64,000 nt of DNA. Origin: Podospora anserina (taxonomy: Eukaryota). The stretch lies in NCBI GenBank assembly GCA_017654855.1, contig CM030334.1:1736001-1800000 (forward strand), read 5' to 3'. Within the stretch, counting starts at the first letter, position 1. Each line of letters starts with the position of its first letter. Made by a program: the position numbers and the translations under genes. Shown here in pieces: positions 23,588 to 36,458 of this stretch. The notes beneath the pieces were generated by a model. It was not told where the DNA came from. It saw only the letters and a program-made list of their open reading frames with translations, and searched no databases.

Positions 23588-25616
23588 CTATGCCAACCTC
23601 ACACCCGCCTCCCTCCTCCTCTTCCCCTGATCCCTCGCCGCACTCCCCAACCCCACAATCTGCCCCGCATCCAAAATGCTCTGCTCCATCCTCCTCTTCT
23701 CCTCCGCCAGCTTCTTCAGCTTCTTATCCGTCTTCCCCTTCCCAGACCCCTTCCCATGGAACTGATGACTCAACTCCTTAAACGCCTCCTTCTGACCCAG
23801 ACTCCTCCCGTCCTCATCAATATACCTCAGCTGCACGTCCGGCTTGTACCCCTCCCGATACAAGGCATCAATAACCCTGCTCTGGTGCATCTCTCTGATG
23901 CTGTTCTGCTGCTGCTGCCACATCTCTTTCTCTTTTGTCGACATCCTCTTGAACCGCTCGCTCTCACGGTCCTTCTCACGCTGGAGGCGGGTTTCTTCAT
24001 CGAAAAGAGCCATGCGCCGGTTGAGCTCGGCGAGAAATCTCTGGCGCTGACGGAACTTTTCGGCTGCTTCGGCGCCCTGGCCTTCTTCGAGGAGGTGACG
24101 GTCGCGGAGGAGGGATAGGGTGGCGCCCATGCCTTGGGCGACCGTCTTTTCTTCTTCCACGCCGAGAGGGAGGTCGGCCAAGGGGGTGGTGGCGCGGCGG
24201 GTGGAGGAGGGCTCGTATTCATTGCGCGGATCATGGGCGTCGGCCATATCTTCATCCGAGGACTCGTCCTCCATCGCTGTCACCGCAGCGGGGCCGTTTT
24301 CTAGCTTGGGTTTGGGCGCCTTTCTGCGCTGTTCCTCTTGGTCCCTGTTTGCGCGGAGCGTGTCAACGAACTCGCTGATCTCGTCAATGACAACGGCCTT
24401 TTCTGTATAGGGGAGAGCGTCATCGGGGTCGTTGGTTGTTTCCCTCAGCTGACGGGCAATGTCCTCTGGCCGAGTCTTTTTTCGTTTCTTGAGGGCATCT
24501 CGTCTTTGTTGAGCGAGGGAGGTTTGGAGGTCCTCGTCGTCAGCAAAGTCGTCAGTGATAACTTTGCGCTTCTTCGTGAACGTGATGGCGCCGCCGTCAA
24601 TATCCATGTCGTTATCGAGGTTGGTTGTGTCCCCTGGGAATAGCACGTCGTCGTCATCCTTCTTCTGCCGTGATGACTTGGACTTTTTCTTGGGCTTCTT
24701 GACTTTGATCTCCGAGGCGTCGAGGTAGTCTGACACTGGGGGAGGAGCGTCCTCTGTTGAGATTCTGTTAGTTGTGGCGATCAGAAAGCTGTGGATGAAG
24801 AAGGTGGTGCCTACCAAGAGTGTCGAGATCCCCCACTTGTTGCCTTCTCTTCTGAACTGGCGCTTGAGCAAGAATGTCGGCCAAATCTGATGACGTCCCC
24901 ACTGCATCCAGCGTGAAAGCCTTCTTCTTCTTTCCGTGAATCTCCTCATCGTAATGCGACAGGATCCCAATCTGACCCGTCTCGTCAATGTCGTTTGGGT
25001 CGTATACTGGCTTCTTCTTTTTCAGATCTAGCCTCTCCTGCAGCTTCTCCCGTTCCCTCAGCTCGGAGTTCTCCAGCTCATCCCCTTCCTCCTCTTCCAG
25101 CACACCCGTATCCTTCAATGTGAGGACCTGATCATCTCCATCCAGGAAGCTGGCCATGTCGTGCGCAACCTTGACACCGGCCAAGTCAGCAGCTGTATGC
25201 TCAGCCGCCTTCCTTTCCGCTGCCTCCTTCTCTGCCCGGGCCTTCTCTTCCGCCTCGATTTTCTTTTGTCGCTTCTTTTGGCTCTTCAGCCAGGACTTGG
25301 TGTCGAGCTCGTCATCGTCGTCTGCGAGACCCTTGCCTTGCAGAACCGCATTGCGCTGAGCCAGCTCACGCGCCTTCTTGATCGCAGCAAGCTTCTCGGC
25401 GCGTTTCCGTTTCGCTTCTTCGGCTTCTTGCGCCTTTCTGTAGTTTTCGAATCCTTCTGCTTCGCGAATCTCGAGGGTGCTCGCCTTCTCGCCAGTCTCG
25501 GGGTCTGGGGATGGTTCTTTCGCTGCTTCCTGTGGCGCTGCTCCAGGCACAGGCAAGGGCTTCATGCCCATGGCCCGGCGGACCTTGTTGATCTCTTCTA
25601 TCGACGCAGCGTCCAT
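23588..25616 (-). CDS. SNU66: U4/U6.U5 tri-snRNP protein Snu66/SART-1 (intron 24814-24754)
   Basis: N-terminal HIND motif SIEEINKVRRAMGMKPL, DLAGVKVAH, and C-terminal KEAFKELSHQFHGKGSGKGK. Confidence 0.93.
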
Positions 25617-27469
25617 TTTTGTTGTTAATGGCGCAAATGATGATGGAGTTGATAAAATTGAGGACCAACCTTGATTGGCAAGGCAAGGCGACGAGCCAAG
25701 CTGGACATGATGAGGCTGACATGCTCCAAAGTGGAGCCGGATTGATAAGATAAGGCAGACAAACAGCAAGGCTGGCAAATTTGCATGCGTGCACGGGCCA
25801 CACTCCACCAAAAATTTGCCAGTATTTAGGTGAAGCCAAGCTGAGATTTTCCGACTTCTCTTTTTCCTTTTTCTCTCTTCAACGGTCCTGTGCCCAGTGT
25901 TCCTCTGCTGCCCTCGGGTGGTCAGAGTCGCAGCGCTGGCGCAGCTCGGTATTACCAAGGATGCCATCTTCTCTCCATGATGTCAGCTCTACCGACAGGA
26001 ACCAAGATTGACCGAAGTCTGTGGCAGCTCTGTTCGCGCCGTTTCGGCGGCGCTTGAGCGGGGTGTAAACTGATTTTACGAGATGCTATATTCCAAGCCG
26101 TTCGCAGAGACCGTCGGTCTGTGATGCTGGGGGAAACCATAGCGACCTACATTTTGATATCATGTGATTCTTTGCTTTGAATTCTTGTCCGTTATCTCCG
26201 GCGGGTTTCCATGATTGGCAACACGTTCGGAGGCTGCTCCGAAGCCATTCACAAGTTTCCAAGAAAACGGACCGATCACGATGGCTTCATGTTTGCTCTG
26301 AATCCCGAAGTGTCGTTCGGCCTTTCTCGGCGTGACAAGAGCTGAGCCTGAAGTTGTTCCTTGGCGGCGATCTGTGGCTGAGGCATGTGACGATGATTTT
26401 TTTTTTTTAAAGTGAGGCTTCGGTGCGAGCTTCCTTTCTCGTGGGGAAGCCGGGGACCCCACAATCTGGCGTCCGGCTGCCGATGCGGGGAACGGCACTG
26501 CGACCTCACCATCCTCCAGATTCCTCTCTGGGGAGGAGGGCGTGAAACCGCCGGACGGACCGATTCGAATCTGCGATTGCGGGGCCGACGCTACCGCAAC
26601 CGTTGGGCTAGCCATGACCTGCATATCGTCTATTTTTCGAGAAGTCTCCATCAGATGCTCTCTATCAGAGAGGGTGATTGCGTATCATGTAGGCTACCAC
26701 CCAGATCAAGCACATACTACACGCCTACACCGGTACAGACATACGCACACCTGCATATCTACAACAGCAAGATAGACGACAGACTTTGGATGACAGCAGG
26801 GGAGAAAAAGCACAGTGCCTGAGTTTAGTGTTCCTCCTCCTGTCTCGGGTGGCCCGATTTGGCATCCTCCCCATACCCCATACGATTCTGTACCCCAGTC
26901 CATGCTCCCCACACTGCATGTAAGTGAGATTCTTCAATCTCCATGCTTTGAAGGGCGTTCTCCGTGGTTCATGCAACCGCCCTGCTCACCACCACAAGCC
27001 GCGGCAGTCTGCCAGACCCAGTAAAACTGATCAAGACGACCAATCCCCTTTGTCCACCGCCATGGCTGCCCAAGCTGGTGACGTCTTCAGGCCCCTGGTC
27101 TCTCCGGCTAGACATCGGTGCTTTTCCAAGAAGTGTGGTCAAGTGCCTGGTATCTCGGTTAACCCTCATTCAGAGCAGATAGCCGGCCGACCTGGGGAAT
27201 AGAACACGCATGATAGCATACACAGTAGCCCAACCGCCTCTAGACGCTCCGTTGCAACGCTGTCAACTTACCTTCCCGCAACCCGGGCCCTACCCCTGCT
27301 TCCCGGCCCTGCCTCTCTGCTCTGGCCATCGTAGCACCGAGCACGAGAAACACCGAGAAGCCATCTCGCTCACACCTTGAGGTCGGCCCTTCCCTCGCCA
27401 GCTCCACCGTGCCAACGGCTTGGACGCCCGTGGACGCCCTTGACGTTGAGGCGGTCCTTGGCTTGACCC

Positions 27470-27522
27470 CGGCCCGAGTACGGCAGCCTCCCGGTACCAC
27501 ACGTTGAAGATCCAAGTATAAG
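27470..27522 (+). promoter_or_regulatory. Tandem CGG-N8-CGG-N8-CGG (AmyR/Zn2Cys6-type) array followed by a TATA box, upstream of glucoamylase
   Basis: CGG(27470)-CCCGAGTA-CGG(27481)-CAGCCTCC-CGG(27492). TATAAG at 27517-27522; ATG at 27654. Confidence 0.6.
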
Positions 27523-27653
27523 TAAACATGGCTCTCTTCGCCGTTCCCAACATCATCCAGGACCTCATCCCAGCAGCAGCCTCCGAGTCAATCAACCCTT
27601 GGACCTGGAACCTGAACCTGAACGCCTCTGGTCTCTACGAATACCTTCCCACC

Positions 27654-29621
27654 ATGCACGCCTTGTCCAAGTTCGCCCTGCTGGGCGCCTGCGCCGTTCA
27701 GTCGGTGATGGGTCTGCCCGAACCTGTCGAGAGACGTGAGGCCAACCTCCTCAAGCGCAACGTCGACGACTGGATCAACAGAGAGACCCCCATCGCCTGG
27801 GAGAAGCTCCTCTGCAACATCGGCCCCGATGGCTGTGCTGTTCGCAACCAGGGTGTTCCCGCCGGTGTCGTTGTTGCCAGCCCTTCCCGCTCCGACCCTG
27901 ACTGTAAAGTTTACTGGTTCTCTGATATCACTCGCACTTGCTGACAGACACCAACAGACTTCTACACCTGGACCAGAGATGCCGCCCTCGTCTACAAGGG
28001 CCTTGCCGATGCCTTCCGCCGCAACTACACCGAGGGTCTCCACACCCAGCTCAAGAACTTTGTCTCCTCCCAGGCCAAGCTTCAGGGTGTCGGCAACCCG
28101 GCCGGTGGTCTCAACGACGGCCAGGGTCTTGGTGAGCCCAAGTTCATGGTTGATCTCAAGGAGTTCACCGGCGAGTGGGGCCGCCCCCAGCGCGATGGTC
28201 CTCCCCTCCGTGCCATTGCCCTGATCCGCTACGCCAAGTGGCTCGTTGAGAACGGCCACAAGGCTGTTGCCAACGCCCAGGTCTGGCCCACCATCGAGAA
28301 CGATCTCAAGTACTCGGCCCAATACTGGAACCAGACCGGTTTCGACCTCTGGGAGGAGGTTCCCGGCTCCTCCTTCTTCACCATCGCCAGCACCCACCGT
28401 GCCCTCGTCGAGGGTGCTCAGCTCGGCGCCGTCCTCGGCAAGCCCACCCGTGCTTACACTGCCGTCGCCCCTCAGGTTCTCTGCTTCCAGCAGTCTTTCT
28501 GGAACGCTCGCGAGGGTTTCGTTGTCTCCAACATCAACGGTGGTGAGTGGCGCCGCGGCCGCGACGCCAACTCGATCCTCGCCTCCATCCACAACTTCGA
28601 CCCCTCCGCCGGCTGCGATGCCAACACTTTCCAGCCCTGCTCTGACAGGGCGCTCTCCAACCACAAGGTCGTCGTCGACTCTTTCCGCTCCATCTACAAC
28701 ATCAACCGCGGCATCGCCCAGAACAAGGCCGTCGCTGTTGGCCGCTACTCTGAGGATGTCTTTTACAACGGCAACCCCTGGTTCCTCGCCACCTTTGCCG
28801 CCGCCGAGCAGCTCTACGATGCTCTCCTCGTCTGGAAGGCCCAGGGCTCCATCGCCATCACCCAGACCTCCCTTCCTTTCTTCCGCGACCACGTCTCGGG
28901 CGCCACCGTCGGCACCCACGCCGCCGGCTCCGCCACCTACAACCAGATCGTCTCCGCCATCACCGCCTACGCCGACGGCTTCATCGAGGTCGCCTCCAAG
29001 TACGCCCACTCCAACGGTGCCTTGAACGAGCAGATCGACCGCAACACCGGCCAGCCCATCGCCGCCCCCGATCTCACCTGGTCCTACTCCGCCTTCCTCA
29101 CCGCCACCGCCCGCCGCGACGGTTACATCCCCACCGGCTGGGGCGCCGGCCAGGCCACCGCCCTCCCCGCCGGACAGTGCCAAAAGTTTGAGGTTGCCGG
29201 CAACTACAACCTCCCCCCCACGCCCGTCTTCCCCTCCAACCTCACCCCCGCCGCCAACGCCCCCGTCGAGCAGATCACCGCTGTTCCCACCGGCTGCACC
29301 AACCCCGAGAAGGTCTTTGTCACGTTCAACGAGCGCGCTTCTACTTCCTGGGGCCAGGTGATCAAGGTTGTCGGCAACGTTCCCGAGCTCGGCAGCTGGG
29401 ACGTCAACAAGGCTGTTCCGCTTTCCGCGTCCAAGTACACCTCTGGGGACCCGTTGTGGTCTATCACTCTGCCTATCCAGGCCGGGAGCAGTGTTCAGTA
29501 CAAGTACATCCGCATCACGAACGGTGTTGCCGGTGTTAGCTGGGAGGGGGGTGACAATAGGGCTTTTAGCGTGCCGGGGGCTACTTGCGATGTTCAGAAT
29601 CGGTGGGATAACTGGAGGTAA
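27654..29621 (+). CDS. Secreted glucoamylase, GH15 with C-terminal CBM20 (intron 27904-27957)
   Basis: Signal peptide and KR propeptide. GH15 motifs DPDYFYTWTRD, WGRPQRDGP, GFDLWEE and DLTWSY. Starch-binding domain VVGNVPELGSW. Confidence 0.96.
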
Positions 29622-29967
29622 ATTGCTTCGGGAGTGGTGCGATAGATTTGGATGGGATAGGAGGGATAGGAATAGAAGAGGGGGGATGAAAAAAGAAAAG
29701 GGAAAACATGCATAATCGGGGGTGGGATCGAGTCTTCTTGTTATCATCATATATATCTATTGGATATCTCTTTTTTTTTTCTTTTTTTTTAGGAAGGGGG
29801 TTGGTTGGGAATCCTTTTAGGGGGTCGTCGGAGGAGGGGATTGTATATATACTGCAGAGTTTTGCATACACAAATTGCATTTTCTTTTACATCTTATGAA
29901 AAGTCTTGATTTGACATGCGTCCCGTCGAACAGGTGAAGAACCGCTTTGATACCTCGCCATATTTTT

Positions 29968-30077
<110 letters not shown>

Positions 30078-30206
30078 TGTATAGCCACTTACACATATGA
30101 TCAGGCAAGTCTGCATGTAGTTCTTTGGCTGAGACTCCAATCTCTTTTCCATTGATTCTTTCACGAACATGGTCTTTTGTACACAGTTTCTTTCCCCAAC
30201 CACCCC

Positions 30207-31217
30207 CTACCGCCTATCGCCCTCCTCAAACCTATTATTCCAAAAACCCCTGTAGTGCCTCCCTTTCCCCGCCTCGCTTATCTCTTTCACCTCTCTGGGA
30301 GTGAGTTTGAATTTCGGCAGCTTACTCAACCACCCCTTCAGTCTCTCCTCCCTTTTGCTCGTTGTCAACGCGACAATCCCCTGATCCAACACCCACCTCA
30401 GCCCTACCTCCCCCTCCCCCACTCCGTATTTGTTTGCCAGTCGTTCATAGACTTGATCCACCGGGCCGCCCGGGGCTTTAGTGATCGGCGTCAGCGGGGC
30501 GTACGCCGCCAAGGCGATATTATGCCTCCTGTGGAAATCGACAAAATCGTCTTCGTGCTGGAGGTAGGGGTGGTATTCGACCTGGTTGATCACTGGGGGG
30601 TGCTTGGCTGTTGAGAGGATTGATTCCAGGTGGTGAGGGAGGAAGTTGGAGACGCCGATTGATTTGGCGCGGCCCGAGTCTTTGATCGCTTCCATTTCTG
30701 CCCAAGCCGACTGGAGGGCTTCAGGGGAGGAGAGAGGGGAGCCGAAGAAAGGGGAGTGGATCAGGTAGAGGTCTACGTAATCGAGGGAAAGGTTGGAGAG
30801 GGAGCGGTCAAAGGCTTGTTGGATTGTTTCGCCTTGGCGGCACGAGGTTTTGGTCGTGATGAAGAGGGTTGAGCGGGGGATGCCGGAGGTTTGGATGGCG
30901 GTGCCGAGTTCTTTTTCGTTGCCGTAGGCTTCTGCGCCGTCGAGGTGGGTGTACCCTGCCTTGAGGGCGGTGACGGTGGCGGCGACGACATCTTCGTTGA
31001 ACTTGGACTTGTCGCCGCGTTTGAAGTTTGCGGTGCCGAGGCCGTAGCCGAGCTTTTATACAGATGGTTAGGGGAGGGAAGGTGAGATGATGGGAGGAAG
31101 GGGGCTCACAAAGGGGATTTCATTGCCGTCGCTGAGCCTGAGGTTGGGGATGTGGTCGAGCTGTTTGGGGGTTGCGCCTGAGGCGTCGGGGGCGTGGGAG
31201 GCTTCGATGGAGTTCAT
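30207..31217 (-). CDS. Aldo-keto reductase (intron 31109-31053, AAG acceptor)
   Basis: Motifs LGYGLGT, HLDGAEAYGNE, LFITTK, DYVDLYLIHSP, KSIGVSNF and NQVEYHPY. TATAAAA at 31290-31284. Confidence 0.92.
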
Positions 31218-31896
31218 TTTGGTGTAGGACGCTATGAGGTATATGTGAGTTTGTGAGGGTGGTCTCGGTGGTGATGATGAGGGTTTTATAAGCGCTCACT
31301 GTAGGTAGTACCAGGTTAACTCCGATGTCGTGAATGTGGCTTAAATGTCGAATTCGAATTCCCAATCGAATAAATGGCTGCAAGAGAACGGCACCAGCGT
31401 GCCATCCCGGCCTCGGTCCCGGCAAGGCGGGAGCGGGGCACCCCGCAGCGGCGGGAGGGGGGCACGGGAGTAGATGCGGGGCGTCATCCCATCGGCTATG
31501 GCGTCATAGGGTCTGGGGTTGGTTTGATCTGATAATCTCATAATCCCATATCAAAGAATTCATCAGATTGCCACCTCAAGACAGAACTCTGCAAAAGTCC
31601 ATGATTCATACATATGTTTCTCCACGGGTTCGCATTGGGTGCTTATGCCAAGACAGACCCCTGTACCACCCTCCATGACGTTCAACGACTTGCCGTTGAC
31701 AGCCGCCACTCACTGCGACAGCCCCGCGATGTCAAACCATCGCTGATTGATAAGCCATTTCTTTCACAGCCTTATACAACCCTCCCCTTTTTTTTTGCTT
31801 TCTTTTTTTCGCCATCACCCTCACAGCTCTGCTTCAAACAAACAGTCCTCAAACCTTGTAAACCCCAACCTCAACCATTTCACCAGCGCCGCGCCT

Positions 31897-33876
31897 ATGC
31901 GCTTCCCAGCACCAGCATCCCGCTGTCTAGCCCTCGCATCCCACCTCCGCTATCCCACCTTCAACCAGCTCCCCTTCTTGATCTCCCGCAACTTCTCAGT
32001 CCTCCCCTCAAACATGGGCTCCTCCTCCCAACCGGGGGGTCTCCCCCTCAAATCCCTCCCCAAATCCTGGACCCTCCCTTCCCTCCTCCCCCCAGACCCC
32101 TTATACCCCACCCCCCTTTCGTCTCACAACACCCCCCGCGATGAAATCACCCCCCGCCAGGTCCGCAACGGCCTCTTCACCTACGTCCGTCCAGAACACC
32201 AATCGAGCTACCAACTCCTCGCCATATCCCCCGCCGCCTTCAAAACCCTAAACCTCTCCCTTTCCGAGGCCACCACGCCTGAATTCGCCGAGACGGTAGT
32301 CGGTAACAAGCTCTGGGATTTTGACGAGACGGACGAATCGAATCGGAACTACCCCTGGTCGCAAAACTATGGTGGTTTCCAGTTTGGTAGCTGGGCCGGG
32401 CAGTTGGGTGATGGACGGGTTATCAGCTTGTTTGAGACAACAAGCGAGCAGACGGGAAAGAGATACGAAGTCCAGCTGAAAGGCGCGGGCATGACGCCCT
32501 ACTCCCGCTTTGCCGACGGAAAGGCGGTGCTGAGGAGTAGTATAAGGGAGTTCATCGTCTCTGAGGCTCTCCACGGCCTCGGCATTCCGACCACCCGCGC
32601 TCTGGCTTTGACGCTCTTGCCTGAGGAGAGGGTTAGACGGGAAAGGATGGAGCCAGGGGCGATCGTGGTCAGGTTTGCAGAGACGTGGATCAGGCTAGGG
32701 AATTTTGATTTGTTGAGGGCGAGGGGGGAGAGGGGCAATATGAGGGTTTTGGCTGATGTTGTCGCTCAGCATGTTTACTCTGGCTGGGAGAACCTCCCCG
32801 CCAGGTTAGAAGAGGGACAAACCGAGCCGAAGACCGGCGTGAAAAAGGAAACAGTGGAGGGACCAAAAGGGGAGGAGCAAAACCGGTATTCCCGCCTCTA
32901 CCGCGCCATTGTCCGTCGCAATGCAGCTACTGTGGCCAGGTGGCAGGCGTACGGGTTTATGAACGGGGTTTTGAACACTGACAACACGAGTATCTTTGGG
33001 TTGTCGATGGATTTCGGACCGTATGCGTTTATGGATGTTTTTGACCCGAGTTATACGCCTAATCATGATGATCACATGTTGCGGTACAGCTACAGGAACC
33101 AGCCGACGATTATATGGTGGAACTTGGTGAGGTTGGGGGAGGCGTTGGGGGAGATGATGGGGATTGGGGAGAGGGTTGATGATGAGGAATATGTTGAAAA
33201 GGGGGTGGTGGGGGAGGAGATGGAGAAGGAGATGGTGGGGAGGGCGGAGAAGGTTATCGAGCAGGCGGGGGAGGAGTATAAGCAGGTGTTTTTGGGCGAG
33301 TACAAGAGGCTGATGAGTGAGAGGTTGGGGTTGAAGGGGGTGAAGGAGGATGATTTTGATGGGTTGTTCAGTCCGCTGCTTGATGCTATGGAGGCGTCGG
33401 AGCTGGATTTTAATTTGTTTTTTAGGAGGTTGTCGAGTGTCAAGGTGGCTGATCTGGAGAGTGAGGAGGGGAGGACGGAGCAGGCAAAGGTGTTTTTTTA
33501 TCGGGACGGGTTGAGTGAGACGAGCAGCGACGACCTTGAAAAGGTTGCTGATTGGCTTGCGTTTTGGAAGGAGAGGGTGGTGGAGGACTGGGGTGAGGGG
33601 AAGGATGAGGAGAGGATCAGGGCGATGAAGGCGGTCAACCCTAATTTTACGCCGAGGGGGTGGATCATGGATGAGCTGATCAGACGGGTCGAGAAGGAGG
33701 GGGAGAGAGACGTGCTGAAGAGGGCTATCCACATGGCTACGTATCCGTTTGAGGACTCGTGGCATGGAAAGGAGTTTGACGGGGTGGTGTATGAGGGTGA
33801 CGCGGATGAGGAGAAGAAGTGGACGGGGGATGTGCCGAGGGGCGGGAGGGCGATGCAGTGTAGTTGCAGTTCTTAG
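31897..33876 (+). CDS. FMP40: SelO-family protein adenylyltransferase (mitochondrial Fmp40-like)
   Basis: Motifs YGGFQFGSWAGQLGDGR, QLKGAGMTPYSRFADGKAVLRSSIREF and GVLNTDN, with C-terminal CSCSS. The start codon is uncertain. Confidence 0.92.
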   Translation: MRFPAPASRCLALASHLRYPTFNQLPFLISRNFSVLPSNMGSSSQPGGLPLKSLPKSWTLPSLLPPDPLYPTPLSSHNTPRDEITPRQVRNGLFTYVRPEHQSSYQLLAISPAAFKTLNLSLSEATTPEFAETVVGNKLWDFDETDESNRNYPWSQNYGGFQFGSWAGQLGDGRVISLFETTSEQTGKRYEVQLKGAGMTPYSRFADGKAVLRSSIREFIVSEALHGLGIPTTRALALTLLPEERVRRERMEPGAIVVRFAETWIRLGNFDLLRARGERGNMRVLADVVAQHVYSGWENLPARLEEGQTEPKTGVKKETVEGPKGEEQNRYSRLYRAIVRRNAATVARWQAYGFMNGVLNTDNTSIFGLSMDFGPYAFMDVFDPSYTPNHDDHMLRYSYRNQPTIIWWNLVRLGEALGEMMGIGERVDDEEYVEKGVVGEEMEKEMVGRAEKVIEQAGEEYKQVFLGEYKRLMSERLGLKGVKEDDFDGLFSPLLDAMEASELDFNLFFRRLSSVKVADLESEEGRTEQAKVFFYRDGLSETSSDDLEKVADWLAFWKERVVEDWGEGKDEERIRAMKAVNPNFTPRGWIMDELIRRVEKEGERDVLKRAIHMATYPFEDSWHGKEFDGVVYEGDADEEKKWTGDVPRGGRAMQCSCSS

Positions 33877-34014
33877 GTGTGTGTGTTTGTGGGTGAAGTG
33901 TGTAAATAATAGAGGTGCGTTGATGGGTCAAACTCCGCTGGATTCAATAACCGCAACGAAAAGACCTTGAACATCACGTTGGTACATGTGCCTTTTTATC
34001 TATCATGATGACAT

Positions 34015-34899
34015 TTACTCACCCTCATTCTCCCGCCGCCCCCCCTCCCCTCCCAGAACCCCCTCCAGCCTATCAACCACCTCCCCCACAGCCCAAACCA
34101 ACACCTCCCCAAACCCCTCCCCATCCCCATGCCCATGCCCATCCTCATGCCCACCCCCCATAGCCAATATCCCCTCCCTCTCCAACACCTTTCTGTCTAA
34201 CCTCCCCCTTTTTACATCCCCGTCCACGAACAAATACCCATGCTGCTCCACATAATTAGGCCACACAACCTCCTCCACATAACCCTCCGGATCCTTCCAG
34301 AACCCTTCGAGGGTGACATATCCATCCCTCGCCTTCCTCCTCGCCACCGCCTTCTCCTCTGACGCCAGTAAAAAAAGCTTGATGTCAATTAGCTCAAGGA
34401 TAGGCTTGAACTCCTCGGCCTGTGAATACAATAAAAACCCATCCAGGATACAAATCTTGGCGTGTTTGAGGAGTGAGTGGAGGGATGAGCTGGCGATGAT
34501 GGCCTTGGCGAGGTTGATGTGGGACGGGGAGGCGGGGCAGGCGCCGAGGGTGTTTTGGTCTTCCTTTGAGTTGATGAAGGGCTAAGAAAGGGGTTAGTAA
34601 ATATGGGGGGAAGGGGAAGGGGAAGGGGAAGGGGAAGGGCGTACGGGGAATTTTCCGGTGGATTTTATGTAAGTGAGGGCGTTGGTTAGGGCAGGGAGGT
34701 CGATTGCTTCGGGACAGTCCCAGTCTCGATGACCGGAACGAAAGGGGAGGAGGGATTCGGGCTTGTAGAAGTCGTCTTCGTGGAGGATGAAGGTGTTTGG
34801 GAGGAGGTCGCGGAGGAGGCGGGCGAGCGTTGTTTTGCCTGAGGAGGAGGGGCCGGAGAGGGAGACGAGGAGGGATTTTTGGGCTGGGGGGAGGGGCAT
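34015..34899 (-). CDS. NRK1: Nicotinamide riboside kinase (intron 34644-34582)
   Basis: P-loop SGPSSSGKTT, then ILHEDDFYK, DWDCPEAID and RKARDGYVTLEGFWKDPEGYVEEVVWPNY. Confidence 0.9.
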
Positions 34900-35504
34900 G
34901 GTGGGTGGTGGAGAGAAGATTGCCTTGATATGTGAAGACAGATGGGTTGTTGGAAGTGAGATTGTGAGTGAGTTGGGTGAGGTCGAGGTTGAGGGTGTGT
35001 TTTGTGTAACGGTGATCAAATCGCTGCTCACAATAGTGGCCGGTAGAAAGCAGTTTTGGGATGGCGTTTCGGGTGTGGTTTCTCCAAAAATAACAAAAAC
35101 ACCTACATGAGAGAAATGTCTATGAGAAAAAAGCGGAAAAACCTCATGAATCAGTGAAAATGACCTGTGAGAATAAGCTCACTCTCACTTACACCCTGAA
35201 GGGCCGTCAACCCGCGGCGTAACAATACCATACTACAGTAATTACCCGTACCGCCCCAATCCGGAACTTACCGCCCCGGGCATTTTCTCCCCTTGCCTGC
35301 CCGCGCGCTAGTCGCTAGCAGATCAAACAAATCCCCCGATTTCCAAATTTCCCATACCAACAACACATGAACGTCATACGGACAGCAACCATTCTACGAG
35401 TACCAACGACACGACCACTCCCGTTCTCACCGCTCCCCCGATCCCATATTCCACCTATTTCCCCCCGACGATCCATCTCCAGTATCACCACAATCCTCGC
35501 CACC

Positions 35505-36247
35505 ATGCCAGCAGAAGACCCAACCCTCCTCTCCTCCACAACCGTCCTAACAACCTCGATAATAACCTTCATCTCCGGCTTTTTGTTAGGTGTCTATTCC
35601 CTAACCGGCCACCTCATCCCCCCCTCCCTCCGCCACGAGCGTGAAGCCCAATGGAAAGATCCCGTGGAATCAGAAGAAAGCGACATTGACGAGGAAGACA
35701 CAATCCTCGACCACGCCCCCAACTGGTCCAATGGTTTCGAGGCAGACAAAAAACAGGGATTGCGCGCCAGCACCTCTCAACCGATAACCGAGGAGTGCAA
35801 GCTTGTGCTGGTGGTGAGGACTGACTTGGGCATGACGAAGGGTGCGTACTACTACTACTATACTACTACTATGCCTGATATAATGGGGTGGGGGTGATTG
35901 ACAAAATCAAAAAAAAAATAGGGAAAATTGCTGCCCAGGCTGGCCACGCAACGCTGGCTTGCTACAAGACGTTGAGCAAAGCTGCCTCCAAAGACCCAAA
36001 CGGAAAGGCGGCACAGATCCTCAAGGCGTGGGAGCGGCGCGGGCAGGCCAAGATTGCGGTTCAGGTCAAGAGTGAGGAGGAGCTTTTGTTGCTGCAGGGG
36101 ACGGCGAGGAGCTTGGGGATTACGGCTGAGGTGATTGCCGATGCGGGGAGGACACAGATTGAGAGTGGGAGTTTGACTGTTCTTGGTGTTGGGCCCGCGC
36201 CAAAGAGCGAGGTGGATGGTGTTACCGGCGGGCTGAAGCTTTTGTAA
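35505..36247 (+). CDS. PTH2: Peptidyl-tRNA hydrolase 2 (intron 35842-35921)
   Basis: Spliced KLVLVVRTDLGMTKGKIAAQAGHA, plus IADAGRTQIESGSLTVLGVGP. N-terminal transmembrane segment. Confidence 0.93.
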
Positions 36248-36458
36248 GCTTAGGGTGTAAGAGATGAAAAGGGTGTATAGACAACAACGGGCAAGCGGGA
36301 GTTCCATGGTTAGTTAGATTTGGAAAGCATGAAAAAGCGCTGGGCAATCTCGAATACAAAAATGGCATACAGACGGTTTCCCAGACACATGCAGCATCAA
36401 CACATCTTGCTATTACTTAATAACCGGGTATCATCACCACAACCCCCCCCCACCGTCT

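Noticed and set aside
27588-29750. 720-aa antisense ORF opposite the glucoamylase
   Set aside because: Shadow ORF from strong C-ending codon bias of the sense gene; no recognisable motifs.
33850-33876. Possible selenoprotein (SelO) with Sec recoding
   Set aside because: The C-terminus is CSCSS-TAG with Cys codons and no in-frame TGA, so it is the Cys homologue.
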